Virus record (IMG/VR): IMGVR_UViG_3300037743_000091
Source: a virus
Taxonomy: Duplodnaviria; Heunggongvirae; Uroviricota; Caudoviricetes
Length of the DNA: 64,000 nucleotides
Strand: one strand, 5' to 3'
Shown here: positions 35,658-44,167 of the stretch, in pieces
Numbering within the stretch: position 1 is the first letter of the stretch
Layout of the letters: every line of letters begins with the position of its first letter
Program-made: the position numbers and the translations under genes
The notes under the pieces: model-generated
Database searches by the model: none
What the model was told of the DNA's origin: nothing
What the model saw: only the letters and a program-made list of their open reading frames with translations

Positions 35658-36265
35658 TCCCGGAGGGTATGGAGCCCGAGGGCCGGTACACGAAAAAGCG
35701 CAAGGATTGCCCGTACCCGGAACGCCTGCACTCTCCGGATCAGGACTCCACGGAGTACGAGGTCAGTAGATGGATCGCTGCTACGGTCGGAATGCTCCGT
35801 CCGGATCTCGTGGTGGAGACCGGAACGGCCTTCGGGCAGACGGCCGAACTCATTGGGGAGATGCTGGGGGAGACCCCGCATGGCTTGTTGATGACGTTCG
35901 AGACCGATCCGGCGCGCGTGAAGATCGCACGGGAGCGCGTTATGGAGATGCGCGTTGAGGTTCACCAGGAGTCGAGCCTGGACGGTCTGCGTGCGTTGGC
36001 GCACCTCGTAGAGATCGGGCAGCGCCCGAAGGTGGGGTTCGCCTGGCTGGACTCCCTGTTCGAGCTTCGAGCGAAGGAGCTGCGTATCGTGACCCCGATG
36101 CTTTCGCCGGGAGCCTTCGTGGGGATTCACGACTGCGGGGAACCCGGACACACGAAATACAACCCGTTTTCCCGGCAGATCGCGACGGAGGCCGAACGCC
36201 TCAAGTACAACCGGATCAGTGCCCCGACGCCACGTGGTGTGACGCTGCTCCAGAAGAGATGGTGA
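35654..36265 (+). CDS. Class I SAM-dependent methyltransferase
   Basis: Motif I VVETGTAFGQTA. GTGA overlap. 203 aa. Confidence 0.6.
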   Translation: MIPEGMEPEGRYTKKRKDCPYPERLHSPDQDSTEYEVSRWIAATVGMLRPDLVVETGTAFGQTAELIGEMLGETPHGLLMTFETDPARVKIARERVMEMRVEVHQESSLDGLRALAHLVEIGQRPKVGFAWLDSLFELRAKELRIVTPMLSPGAFVGIHDCGEPGHTKYNPFSRQIATEAERLKYNRISAPTPRGVTLLQKRW

Positions 36266-36274
36266 TTACATTAA

Positions 36275-36781
36275 ATGCCCCCACCGGCTCCAGAGTGGGA
36301 GAGGTTCTGGCCCAAGGTAAACCTTCTAGCTAAGGATGGTTGCTGGGAATGGGTAGCCGGGAAGTCTGGCAGTGGATACGGACGATTTAACGCCGGAAGC
36401 ACTACTACTGGAAATAACCGATCTGTCCAGGCGCATAGAAGATCATATGAGTGGTTCGTTGGAGATATCCCGAATGGACTTGACTTAGATCACTTGTGCC
36501 GTAATCGAGCGTGTGTTAATCCTGATCATCTTGAACCGGTTACCCGGTCCGAGAATGTCCGAAGAGGACTCGTCCCAGGCTTGTTGCGGGAAGTTCAGAG
36601 ACGTAACTCTCAGGCAATTACACATTGCCCACAAGGACATGAGTACAACAAAGACAACTGTCGGGTAGGCGCAGCCGGAGCAAGGCACTGTAGGAAGTGC
36701 CAGGCGCAGCGGGCGAGAGAACATAGGAAGACGAAGAAGTACAAGGACTGGTACACCGCATGGAAGGGGCGTAAAGGATGA
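36275..36781 (+). CDS. HNH endonuclease (HNH_3/homing-type) in a low-GC segment
   Basis: DGCWEW ... GYGR ... AHR ... DHLCRNRACVNPDHLEPVT ... EN. Local GC clearly lower than flanks. Confidence 0.7.
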   Translation: MPPPAPEWERFWPKVNLLAKDGCWEWVAGKSGSGYGRFNAGSTTTGNNRSVQAHRRSYEWFVGDIPNGLDLDHLCRNRACVNPDHLEPVTRSENVRRGLVPGLLREVQRRNSQAITHCPQGHEYNKDNCRVGAAGARHCRKCQAQRAREHRKTKKYKDWYTAWKGRKG

Positions 36782-37422
36782 AATGTAGCGTAATTATTCC
36801 CACTATTCGTGGAAGGGAAAAGCTACTGGATCGGGCGCTGTCCTCAGTGAAGGCTCAGGACTTTACCGATTTTGAAGTCCTCGTAGAAATGGATGACCGA
36901 GGGGACGGTCCTGCGGTAGTTCGTAATCGGGCAGCAAACAGGGCTACCGGGGACTTTCTGGCGCTACTCGATGATGACGACGAGTTCAAGCCGGGACACC
37001 TAACCAAGTGCATTCGTCACGCCGAGGAGACCGGGGCGGACATCGTGTACCCCTGGTTCGATCTCATGCGCGGGAAAGTCCTCCGCAACGACACAAAGGT
37101 TCTCCTCCAACAGGACGGGAACGGGGGGAAGGTGGACGCCTTCGAGAAGCCGTTTAGTGTCAATGCCCTGCGCAAGAACAACTACATCCCTGTCACGACC
37201 GTGATCCGTACCGACAAGTTCTTGGAGGTGGGCGGGTTTCCGACCCCGGGGACCGACGCGTGGCCTCACAAGGACTGTGAGGACTGGGGGCTGTGGCTGC
37301 GCATGGTTGAGGACGGAGCCACGTTCTCGCACCTGCCAGAGCGGACGTGGACCTGGTGGTGGCACGGGCGGAACACCTCGGGACGTCCTGACAACGCCCG
37401 TAAGATCTACGGCCAGGCGTGA
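36778..37422 (+). CDS. Family 2 glycosyltransferase (GT-A fold)
   Basis: CSVIIPTIRGRE ... DFEVLVEMDD ... DFLALLDDDDEF (DXD motif). 214 aa. Confidence 0.7.
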   Translation: MKCSVIIPTIRGREKLLDRALSSVKAQDFTDFEVLVEMDDRGDGPAVVRNRAANRATGDFLALLDDDDEFKPGHLTKCIRHAEETGADIVYPWFDLMRGKVLRNDTKVLLQQDGNGGKVDAFEKPFSVNALRKNNYIPVTTVIRTDKFLEVGGFPTPGTDAWPHKDCEDWGLWLRMVEDGATFSHLPERTWTWWWHGRNTSGRPDNARKIYGQA

Positions 37423-37427
37423 ACTCT

Positions 37428-37457
37428 GGGCCCGACTCCCCTTGTGGGAGTCGGGCC
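37428..37457 (+). terminator. Hairpin terminator (GGGCCCGACTCCC-CTTGT-GGGAGTCGGGCC)
   Basis: 12-13 bp stem immediately after stop 37422. Adjacent to the next promoter copy. Confidence 0.5.
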
Positions 37458-37471
37458 TCGTCCACATGTGG

Positions 37472-37491
37472 TAATGTTACGAACGTCAGCA
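37472..37491 (+). promoter_or_regulatory. Conserved promoter core (TAATGTTACGAACGTCAGCAC)
   Basis: 23 nt upstream of GGGAGGAGGGG + ATG 37515. Confidence 0.5.
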
Positions 37492-37514
37492 CGTCCACAG
37501 AGGGAGGAGGGGAC

Positions 37515-37835
37515 ATGGAGGAAGAGAAAGAGACCGTGGACCTCATGGAACTGAGGTACATGCGAGAACTTCCGGGAGTCCTGGCGGGCTCCCTGGTATC
37601 CGTGGTTATTGGGCTCATCCTGGCTGTCTGGGCTGGCCTCGTCTACCGGATCACGGACGGCAGGTGGGATGACCTGCTGCTCGGCCTGCTCGGTATGGCC
37701 ATGGCGTCATTCGGAGCCAAGACCTTCGGAAGTAACCTCGGTAGCTCGGTGCGTGAACTCAGTGCATGGCTGGGTGTCATCCACACGAACACGCGCTCGA
37801 AGAAGGACCCGGAGGACTTTCCCCATGAGGGCTAA
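37515..37835 (+). CDS. Membrane protein (106 aa, 2 TM)
   Basis: Hydrophobic helices LAGSLVSVVIGLILAVWAGLV and LLLGLLGMAMASFGA. Confidence 0.5.
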   Translation: MEEEKETVDLMELRYMRELPGVLAGSLVSVVIGLILAVWAGLVYRITDGRWDDLLLGLLGMAMASFGAKTFGSNLGSSVRELSAWLGVIHTNTRSKKDPEDFPHEG

Positions 37836-38001
37836 CTGGGGTATCCGCCCGGAGCCGGACCCCAAGGACGGGACCTGCGGCAAGCCGCTCAAGCGAGCAC
37901 GCTTCGTAGGCCGCCCGGTGGAGAAGCCCACCGATGTGGCCCAGGGCTCCTATGAGCAGGAGTACTGCCCCAAGCCTCGCGGTCATTGGGGTGAGTGCTA
38001 G
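37825..38001 (+). CDS. Small Cys-containing protein (58 aa)
   Basis: ATG overlapping the upstream stop region. CGKP ... CPKP. Confidence 0.35.
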   Translation: MRANWGIRPEPDPKDGTCGKPLKRARFVGRPVEKPTDVAQGSYEQEYCPKPRGHWGEC

Positions 38002-38025
38002 CGCTACTAGTCATGGGGAGAGGTC

Positions 38026-38325
38026 ATGACGTCGAACTTGGACGATGACGCGACAGTCACGGCGCTCAATGCGCGGTTGGCTCGTGTCACGGCCAGGCAT
38101 GAGGAAGCCATCGTCATTCGGAACAGGTTGGCTCGGTTTACCGAAGGACGAATCTGGACGGATCGCTACCCGGGCCAGGATGTCTACTACGTGACGATGG
38201 ATCAGCGAGCGGCGGCCGACCTGGCGCGGCTCCTTACGGAGAAGCAGAAGAAAACGGCCCGAGAGGCGTTCAAGACCGTTCTCTTCGCTATCACCCGGAA
38301 TTATCACAGACCGAAAGAAAGATGA
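38026..38325 (+). CDS. Hypothetical protein (99 aa)
   Basis: GGGGAGAGG RBS. Confidence 0.45.
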   Translation: MTSNLDDDATVTALNARLARVTARHEEAIVIRNRLARFTEGRIWTDRYPGQDVYYVTMDQRAAADLARLLTEKQKKTAREAFKTVLFAITRNYHRPKER

Positions 38326-38335
38326 CGTGATCAGT

Positions 38336-39241
38336 ATGTCAGACAGCACTGAGCAGTACGCATGGAAGAACGTCAGCCCGGTTCTCTACACGGACGGGGT
38401 GGACATCTTCGCGGCGGACATGACGCCGGAGGTCGCTTCGGAACTCCTCGGGCACAACCCCAAGAACCGCACGATCTCGGCGAAGAACACCGGGCGCATC
38501 ATGCGTCAGGTCGAGAAGGGCGAGTGGAAGTTTAACGGGGACGCTATCCGTATCACTGCGGACGGAAAGCTCATCGACGGGCAGCACCGGGCCCTGGCCT
38601 GTATCAACGCGAACACGTCGATTCGGGTTCTCGTGGTGCATGGGGTTCCGGCCGAGGTTCAGGACACCATTGACACGGGACGCCCCCGCACCCTGGCCGA
38701 CATCCTCGCCATCCGTGGGTACACGAACACCAACGCTCTGTCCGTGGTCCTGCGGGGGATCTACACGCGGGAGAACGCTGCACTGGAGCGCTGCTTCGAG
38801 ATGGCCGGGCCCGTGGCCCGTCTCCGGTGGACGAACGCGGAACTCCTGGCCTTCCTGAACAAGAACGAGGAGCGCGTTCTCGATTTGGTCAAGGTCTCCA
38901 CCTCCCGTTCGGACAAGATCCCGTACATGCCCCGGAGTGTCACGGCCGTCCTGACCGAGGAGTTCGAGGACGCCTCGTACATGGACGCTGACGAGTTCTG
39001 GCACCGGCTCACGACCGGAATCGCTGACAGCGCGGATGAGGCGTGTTTTGTCCTTCGTAGGACGCTCCAGCGTGAGGCCGACAAGCACGACCGCGAGGGC
39101 CGCTCGAACGTGTGGGTGGCTGCCCTGACGATCAAGGCATGGAACGCCTACCTCCAGGGCAGGCCGGTCAATCACCTCCGCATGATCCGTGGTGGAAGCC
39201 AGCCCGAGGCATTCCCCAGCGTCCTGACTCGGGCGGAATAA
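38336..39241 (+). CDS. ParB-like nuclease domain protein
   Basis: ParB N-terminal box (GHNPKNRTISAKNTGRI ... ITADGKLIDGQHRALACI). 302 aa. Confidence 0.65.
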   Translation: MSDSTEQYAWKNVSPVLYTDGVDIFAADMTPEVASELLGHNPKNRTISAKNTGRIMRQVEKGEWKFNGDAIRITADGKLIDGQHRALACINANTSIRVLVVHGVPAEVQDTIDTGRPRTLADILAIRGYTNTNALSVVLRGIYTRENAALERCFEMAGPVARLRWTNAELLAFLNKNEERVLDLVKVSTSRSDKIPYMPRSVTAVLTEEFEDASYMDADEFWHRLTTGIADSADEACFVLRRTLQREADKHDREGRSNVWVAALTIKAWNAYLQGRPVNHLRMIRGGSQPEAFPSVLTRAE

Positions 39242-39261
39242 ATCCGCGTCGAGATTTGTTA

Positions 39262-39364
39262 GCCGCTAGGCGGTGCGCGGAGCGCGGCGGCGATTTGCGG
39301 CGGAGCGACCCCTAGGGAGCGGAAGACGTAAATCGCCAGAGTGCGCCGGGTGACGCCTAGCGGC
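39262..39364. repeat. Roughly 100 bp nested imperfect palindrome centred on CCCTAGGG
   Basis: Outer arms GCCGCTAGGCGG / CGCCTAGCGGC. Inner arms GGCGATTTGC / GTAAATCGCC. Non-coding, immediately after the ParB-like gene. Confidence 0.4.
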
Positions 39365-39453
39365 TGCGAACCGGGAGGTCTCTCCCAAAATAGGGCTATA
39401 GCAGTAGATGTAACCCCGCGTTCAGCCCAAACTTTCCGCACGGTTTACCGTCG

Positions 39454-39480
39454 TTATTTCTAACCGCTGGTTTGAAATAA
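39454..39480 (+). repeat. TTTCGAACCA-family hairpin, copy 3 (TTATTTCTAACC-GCT-GGTTTGAAATAA)
   Basis: Imperfect inverted repeat related to 13587 and 15223 copies. AT-rich surroundings. Confidence 0.3.
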
Positions 39481-39529
39481 TTAACGCGGAATATTCCTTT
39501 ACCAACACTTGAAAGAGGTTCAGACCACG

Positions 39530-39661
39530 ATGCGCGACTCCTCCACGATCAAACTGGGTAGCGTGACCCGGAAGTGCCGCACCTGGGGATGTGACGAGTT
39601 CGCTCTCAACGAGAAGGACAAGTGCGCTGACTGCTATCTGAACCGGGAAGACAACAGATGA
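39530..39661 (+). CDS. Zinc-ribbon miniprotein (43 aa), not in the ORF track
   Basis: Read manually: MRDSSTIKLGSVTRKCRTWGCDEFALNEKDKCADCYLNREDNR. AAAGAGG RBS. ATGA overlap with the next gene. Confidence 0.35.
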   Translation: MRDSSTIKLGSVTRKCRTWGCDEFALNEKDKCADCYLNREDNR

Positions 39662-39921
39662 GCGATGACGTGAAGTTCCGGAACGTTACTGTGGACGACA
39701 AGGGGCGTTGCACCCTCGGGAAGGGGGCGGCGGGCCTGTACCGGGCCACGATCCACCCTGAGGGGCGGATCGTCCTGGAACCGGCGAAGGTGTACACGGA
39801 GGCGGAGGTGGCCGTCCTGCGGAACCCGGAGGTGTCCGAAGCCCTGGAACGCGGGTTCTCGGACACTCCTCCCGGGATGCTCCGCGATCCGCAGACACCG
39901 ACCCTCGAAGGTATCGACTGA
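39658..39921 (+). CDS. AbrB/SpoVT/MazE-like swapped-hairpin DNA-binding protein
   Basis: N-terminal KFRNVTVDDKGRCTLGK motif. 87 aa. Confidence 0.45.
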   Translation: MSDDVKFRNVTVDDKGRCTLGKGAAGLYRATIHPEGRIVLEPAKVYTEAEVAVLRNPEVSEALERGFSDTPPGMLRDPQTPTLEGID

Positions 39922-40044
39922 CCTCGTGTCGGTCACCGGTGCTACGGTGCTGACAGGAGCCCTCGGGTTCCAGGAGAGGCGCAACCCGCCATCGCGAAAC
40001 TCAACAGGTTTCCGGTGGCGGGTTGTTGTCGTCCCGGCCCGGTG

Positions 40045-40088
40045 TTGCTAAGTCCCCTGGATTCGTGTAATGTTACGAACGTCAGCAC
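40045..40088 (+). promoter_or_regulatory. Conserved promoter/operator element: -35 TTGCTA, 17 bp spacer, -10 TAATGT, then TACGAACGTCAGCAC
   Basis: Canonical copy. 28 nt upstream of GAAGGAG + ATG 40117. Confidence 0.6.
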
Positions 40089-40116
40089 AACAGAGCACGA
40101 TCCGAAGGAGCACACC

Positions 40117-40890
40117 ATGACCCGCACGAAGCGCCCGGCCGATTACAACGTCAAGAACATTTGGGAGGACTGCGGCAAGTGCGGCGGTTCTGGTTCGGTG
40201 GACTGGGGTATCGATGTTGCCGGTTCGGTGACGCTGGTGAAGCAGGGGAAGGTCGTCGGCCACCGAACGGTCGAGAAGGTGTGCTTCACCTGCCACGGAG
40301 CGCGCGGCAAGAGGGTCTCTCAGGGGCAGCTTGACCGGCGCGAGTACAACCGTAAGCTCCGGGAGCGTAAGGCGGCCGAGAAGGCAGCCGCCAAGGCCGC
40401 TGAGGTTGCCGCGAAGGAGGCCGCGAAGCTCTCGGAGTTCGAGGAGTGGAAGACCGACAACGCGGACGTGGTGACGTTCCTGGAGGGACTGACCTTCGTG
40501 GGTGAGCCGGGAACGTTCCTGTTCGACATGGTGGACACCTACAGGTACAACCGGGCGCTCTCGGAGCGGCAGACGGAGGCTGTGCGTCGGATCGCGGTTC
40601 AGCGGGCCGAGGAGCGCAAGAACTCCTCCCCGGTGATCGAGGGTCGTATCGTCATCACGGGCACGGTAATCCGGGTCAAGGAGCAGTTCAACTACTACGG
40701 CAGCGTGATCAAGATGCTGGTCAAGGACGACCGGGGATTCCGCGTGTGGGGCACGATGCCCAAGGCCATCATGGGCGAACAGTGCGAGGGAAAGAACGTC
40801 ACCTTCACGGCGAAGGTGACCGCCAAGGAGGGCGACGAGACCTTCGGCTTCTACAGCCGCCCGACCAAGGCTTCGCTGGTCGAGGCGTGA
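40117..40890 (+). CDS. Hypothetical protein with N-terminal zinc ribbon and central coiled coil (257 aa)
   Basis: CGKCGGSG ... CFTCHGARG. Ala/Lys/Glu-rich helix. Promoter and terminator flank it. Confidence 0.55.
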   Translation: MTRTKRPADYNVKNIWEDCGKCGGSGSVDWGIDVAGSVTLVKQGKVVGHRTVEKVCFTCHGARGKRVSQGQLDRREYNRKLRERKAAEKAAAKAAEVAAKEAAKLSEFEEWKTDNADVVTFLEGLTFVGEPGTFLFDMVDTYRYNRALSERQTEAVRRIAVQRAEERKNSSPVIEGRIVITGTVIRVKEQFNYYGSVIKMLVKDDRGFRVWGTMPKAIMGEQCEGKNVTFTAKVTAKEGDETFGFYSRPTKASLVEA

Positions 40891-40896
40891 TCATCC

Positions 40897-40920
40897 GGGA
40901 GGGGCCTTGCGGCCCCTCCC
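40897..40920 (+). terminator. Hairpin terminator (GGGAGGGGCC-TTGC-GGCCCCTCCC)
   Basis: Perfect 10 bp GC stem 7 nt after the stop, followed by TCTACTT. Confidence 0.5.
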
Positions 40921-40939
40921 TCTACTTGAGGAGAAGCGA

Positions 40940-41329
40940 ATGAACCTGATCTGCAAGCTCTTCGGACACAAGTGGGGTCCGGTCTACTCCGGTAATACCG
41001 CTATTCACCAGGTTCCGCATCGGTATGACTGCGTGCGGTGTGGAGCGTTTGGGTCGAATGTGTTCATCGTGCGCCGGGGGTCTGTTGAGGATGCCTACGA
41101 GCGGGAGGACCCGCCGTCTGGTGATCCGATGACGTGGATTGAGCACCTTCGCGGAATTCCCTGGTGGGAAGCCGGTATTCCGCCCCGTAACCATCAGTGC
41201 TGGGCTCAGACTCGTGGATTTATCAGACTGAATCTCACGCAGCGTTGCGCGTGCGGGGCCATTCGGATGCCTCGGCATCACCTGGACAGTGTGGGTTGGA
41301 GTAACCGCAATTCCCGTACCGACAGCTAA
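40940..41329 (+). CDS. Hypothetical Cys/His-containing protein (129 aa)
   Basis: GAGGAGAAG RBS. N-terminal LICKLFGHKW then CVRCG. Confidence 0.5.
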   Translation: MNLICKLFGHKWGPVYSGNTAIHQVPHRYDCVRCGAFGSNVFIVRRGSVEDAYEREDPPSGDPMTWIEHLRGIPWWEAGIPPRNHQCWAQTRGFIRLNLTQRCACGAIRMPRHHLDSVGWSNRNSRTDS

Positions 41330-41347
41330 GAGCCGAGGGAGAACACC

Positions 41348-41596
41348 GTGAAGCTCAAGAGGGGCATGAAGGTGCGCGTCACCGAGGCGTACAAAGTGAG
41401 AACCGGAAACCCCTTCTCCGGGGGTTTCCGGGCGGAGGCCGGGATGGTGGGCGTCATTGAGCACGTGTCGGAGGATTACGGAGACCCCGATTTCGAGGTG
41501 ACCGACTACCCGTACGCCGTGGAGTTTCCTGGCGGAGATTACGAGATCTTCGCACCTGACGAGATCGAAGCCGTGAACGACAGCGAGGAGAAGTAG
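41348..41596 (+). CDS. Hypothetical acidic protein (82 aa)
   Basis: GTG after GAGGGAG. Confidence 0.45.
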   Translation: MKLKRGMKVRVTEAYKVRTGNPFSGGFRAEAGMVGVIEHVSEDYGDPDFEVTDYPYAVEFPGGDYEIFAPDEIEAVNDSEEK

Positions 41597-41599
41597 GAC

Positions 41600-41941
41600 A
41601 TGGATAAGGAGCAGTACGAGCAGTACACGGAGTGGGTGAGCAAACTGGAGGAGCCCGTGAAGTTCATCTTCGCGAAAGACTTCATCAAGCCCGCCGGAAC
41701 TCTGCTGATGCACGGGTACACGAGCGCCCGGGAGGACATGAAGGTCTGGTTTGATCCGGACCTCGGACTGGGACTCCAGATGAACCAGGGAGCATTCGAC
41801 TGGCGTATCTCGTGGCCCACAGATCGGCTCTACCCGAGCAAGCGCGCCTACCCGGAACGCACCGACCTGACGTTCGCCATGCTCATGGCGGAGCGGCACG
41901 AGTACCCGATCAGATTCACGAACCCCACCGATTGGGAGTAA
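41600..41941 (+). CDS. Hypothetical protein (113 aa)
   Basis: GAGGAGAAG RBS. Confidence 0.5.
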   Translation: MDKEQYEQYTEWVSKLEEPVKFIFAKDFIKPAGTLLMHGYTSAREDMKVWFDPDLGLGLQMNQGAFDWRISWPTDRLYPSKRAYPERTDLTFAMLMAERHEYPIRFTNPTDWE

Positions 41942-41959
41942 GTCTCTTATCCCCCTGGG

Positions 41960-42004
41960 TTGTTGGACTGGCCCGACATGGTGTAATGTTACGTACGTCA
42001 GCAC
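41960..42004 (+). promoter_or_regulatory. Conserved promoter/operator element: -35 TTGTTG, 18 bp spacer, -10 TAATGT, then TACGTACGTCAGCAC
   Basis: 19 nt upstream of CAGGAGG + ATG 42024. Confidence 0.6.
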
Positions 42005-42023
42005 AACAACCCAGGAGGTCACC

Positions 42024-42695
42024 ATGAACGGCAAGCAGGAGCGGGACGCTCAGATGGACATCCTCGCGATGGGCTCGCGTTGCACCCGATGCGGTGTCTT
42101 CGCGGACGAGAAGTGCCAGACCCCCAAGGGCCGCGAGACCTACCCGCACAAGGCCCGAATCGACCGGGCCGTGAAGCAGTACATCGCGGCCCGAGACGCG
42201 AAGACGGTTGCCGAGGCCCCGAAGGAGCAGCCCACGGTGACCAAGTACGAGGTCGAGTGCCAGGAGGACTGCAACGACGGCACGATGCACGAGGCCACCT
42301 ACAGCCACGACACGTACGGCAAGAAGGTGTACGTCGCCGTGTGCAACGGGTACGAGGACACGTACACGGAGGACGTGGTGTGGCCCGTCGAGGTACCCGA
42401 GGAGACGGCAGAGGCACTGGGTCTCGATCTGCGTCAGGTTCCCGAAGTGCAGGACGCGAAGACCGAACTGGTGACCATCAAGCTCCCGGACGGCTCCGAG
42501 CAGTCCCGGCGAATCGAGGTGAGCGACTTCACGGGCGTGGGGGAGTTCCTGTCCGAGGTGGTTGGGACCAGCTATCGGAGCCTCAATCAGGAGTACGCCG
42601 GGCGCAAGGATGACGGTACTCGGAAGTGGCTCCTGCGCGACCACCGGGGCGACACTCACGCCACGATCTACAAGAAGAGGGGAATCCAGGAATGA
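42024..42695 (+). CDS. Hypothetical protein with N-terminal zinc ribbon (223 aa)
   Basis: CTRCGVF ... EKCQTP. Promoter-proximal. Confidence 0.55.
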   Translation: MNGKQERDAQMDILAMGSRCTRCGVFADEKCQTPKGRETYPHKARIDRAVKQYIAARDAKTVAEAPKEQPTVTKYEVECQEDCNDGTMHEATYSHDTYGKKVYVAVCNGYEDTYTEDVVWPVEVPEETAEALGLDLRQVPEVQDAKTELVTIKLPDGSEQSRRIEVSDFTGVGEFLSEVVGTSYRSLNQEYAGRKDDGTRKWLLRDHRGDTHATIYKKRGIQE

Positions 42696-42868
42696 GCGGG
42701 TATTCCAATCTGGATACGGAAACGCTGCGCAAGATTCAGCGGATCGCGGCTCAGGCCTTCGTTCTGTTCGACGAGGAGGACCGGACCGAGGCCGCCGAGA
42801 ATGCCAAGGAGGTCTTCCAGGACATCAACGAAGAATTGGCCTCCCGGAAGGGTGCAGACGATGACTGA
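42692..42868 (+). CDS. Hypothetical acidic protein (58 aa)
   Basis: ATGA overlap. Confidence 0.4.
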   Translation: MSGYSNLDTETLRKIQRIAAQAFVLFDEEDRTEAAENAKEVFQDINEELASRKGADDD

Positions 42869-42966
42869 GGGCAAGCATCTCAGACGTCACTCCAAGGATT
42901 GCGGGTGCTCAAAATGCCTCGAAGAGGTTCGCCTGGAGGCCGAGGAGACCGCGAGGGAAGGGCGTC

Positions 42967-43203
42967 GTGGTTCGTAAAGGAGCGCGGTACATCCACTCGA
43001 CCCCGGAGGACATCGAACGACGTCGTAGACGTGTACGGGGCATGGCGAAGGCCGGACTGGTGGATCACGAGATAGCAGGGGAATTGGGTGTCTCGGAACG
43101 CACGATCCTCCGGGATCGCAAGGCGGCGAACATCCCGACCGGATATGACCCGTTCATGCGGATGCCTCGCCTCAAGAGCAAAGACGGGCGCCGGGCCAGT
43201 TGA
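42967..43203 (+). CDS. Small HTH DNA-binding protein (sigma-region-4/LuxR-like helix)
   Basis: GLVDHEIAGELGVSERTILRDRKAAN. A 38 aa Zn-binding ORF (42865..42981) overlaps its start. Confidence 0.45.
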   Translation: MVRKGARYIHSTPEDIERRRRRVRGMAKAGLVDHEIAGELGVSERTILRDRKAANIPTGYDPFMRMPRLKSKDGRRAS

Positions 43204-43232
43204 GCCGGTGACGTCCTTACCGAATAGAAGGA

Positions 43233-43712
43233 ATGATGAAACAGCTCGAATACAAGTACGCGGGCCCGGACCCGATCGGGGACACGCGAACCTGGGAGAC
43301 TCGGCGGGATACGCCGGACGCTCCGGCGAACTGGAGTGGAGTCCTGGTCGGTCGCCGTATCGTCCAGATCGCCAAGGCGCGGAAGCACCTCGTGAGCCTT
43401 GTGCTTGACGACGGGACCAGTCTGGACCTGGAGCCGGTCCGGGCGTGCTGTGTGGATTACGAGGTGAGCGAGATCGCTACCGAGCCGTTCGACGGCGTGA
43501 TCATGCGTGTCTTGACCATGGTCAACGACAAGGACGGCCTGGAGTCCAACACGAGGGATAACCCCCGTATCTTCCGTCTGTTCGTGTATGGCCAGGACGG
43601 GACTCAGGCGCAGATTGCGCGCTTCGATGGCTCGGACGGTACGGGGTACTACGGCACGGGCTTCAACGTCACGGTACGCCGTGTGGTTCAGGGGCAGGGG
43701 AAGAGCGCATGA
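43233..43712 (+). CDS. Hypothetical protein (159 aa)
   Basis: AGAAGGAA RBS. Confidence 0.5.
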   Translation: MMKQLEYKYAGPDPIGDTRTWETRRDTPDAPANWSGVLVGRRIVQIAKARKHLVSLVLDDGTSLDLEPVRACCVDYEVSEIATEPFDGVIMRVLTMVNDKDGLESNTRDNPRIFRLFVYGQDGTQAQIARFDGSDGTGYYGTGFNVTVRRVVQGQGKSA

Positions 43713-44149
43713 GCGACGTAGGTTCCCCGCTGGCTGAGCTGGACGCACTCGCTCCGTACCTGTGCATCGCTGTGGAGGGTAAGGAGACCCGTGACGGCCG
43801 TCTTCTCCTTCCTGGGGTCGTTAACTGGCAGTACGGGCACTCTCTGCCCCTCCGCGTTCTCCCTGTGGGTTCCCCGCCGGAACACGGGCACGCGGGTGCG
43901 CGGCTCGTGGGGAGCGTCGTGGTCAGCCGCACGCACAGCTTCGGGGCTGTCAGTGACGTCATGGCTTACCTGTACCTCAAGCCGGAGGATATGCCGGAAG
44001 GTCAGATCGCCCTCGGGATCGACCTGGACGAACTCGGCTTCGTGATGCGTGAGGGAACCCTGACCGTGACCCACGCCCGGCTGCGCGCCGTGACGATCCT
44101 GCCGGGAAGCGCGGGAGTGTGGCCCGAAGTGGTTTACGACCGGATCTGA
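43709..44149 (+). CDS. Hypothetical protein (146 aa)
   Basis: ATGA overlap. Confidence 0.5.
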   Translation: MSDVGSPLAELDALAPYLCIAVEGKETRDGRLLLPGVVNWQYGHSLPLRVLPVGSPPEHGHAGARLVGSVVVSRTHSFGAVSDVMAYLYLKPEDMPEGQIALGIDLDELGFVMREGTLTVTHARLRAVTILPGSAGVWPEVVYDRI

Positions 44150-44167
44150 TTTGACGAGGAGAAGAGC

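Noticed and set aside
40922-42659. Long minus-strand ORFs (370 aa and 247 aa) across 40940-42695
   Set aside because: Antisense to a consistently plus-strand, promoter-driven gene series. Arg/Leu/Val-rich with no motifs.
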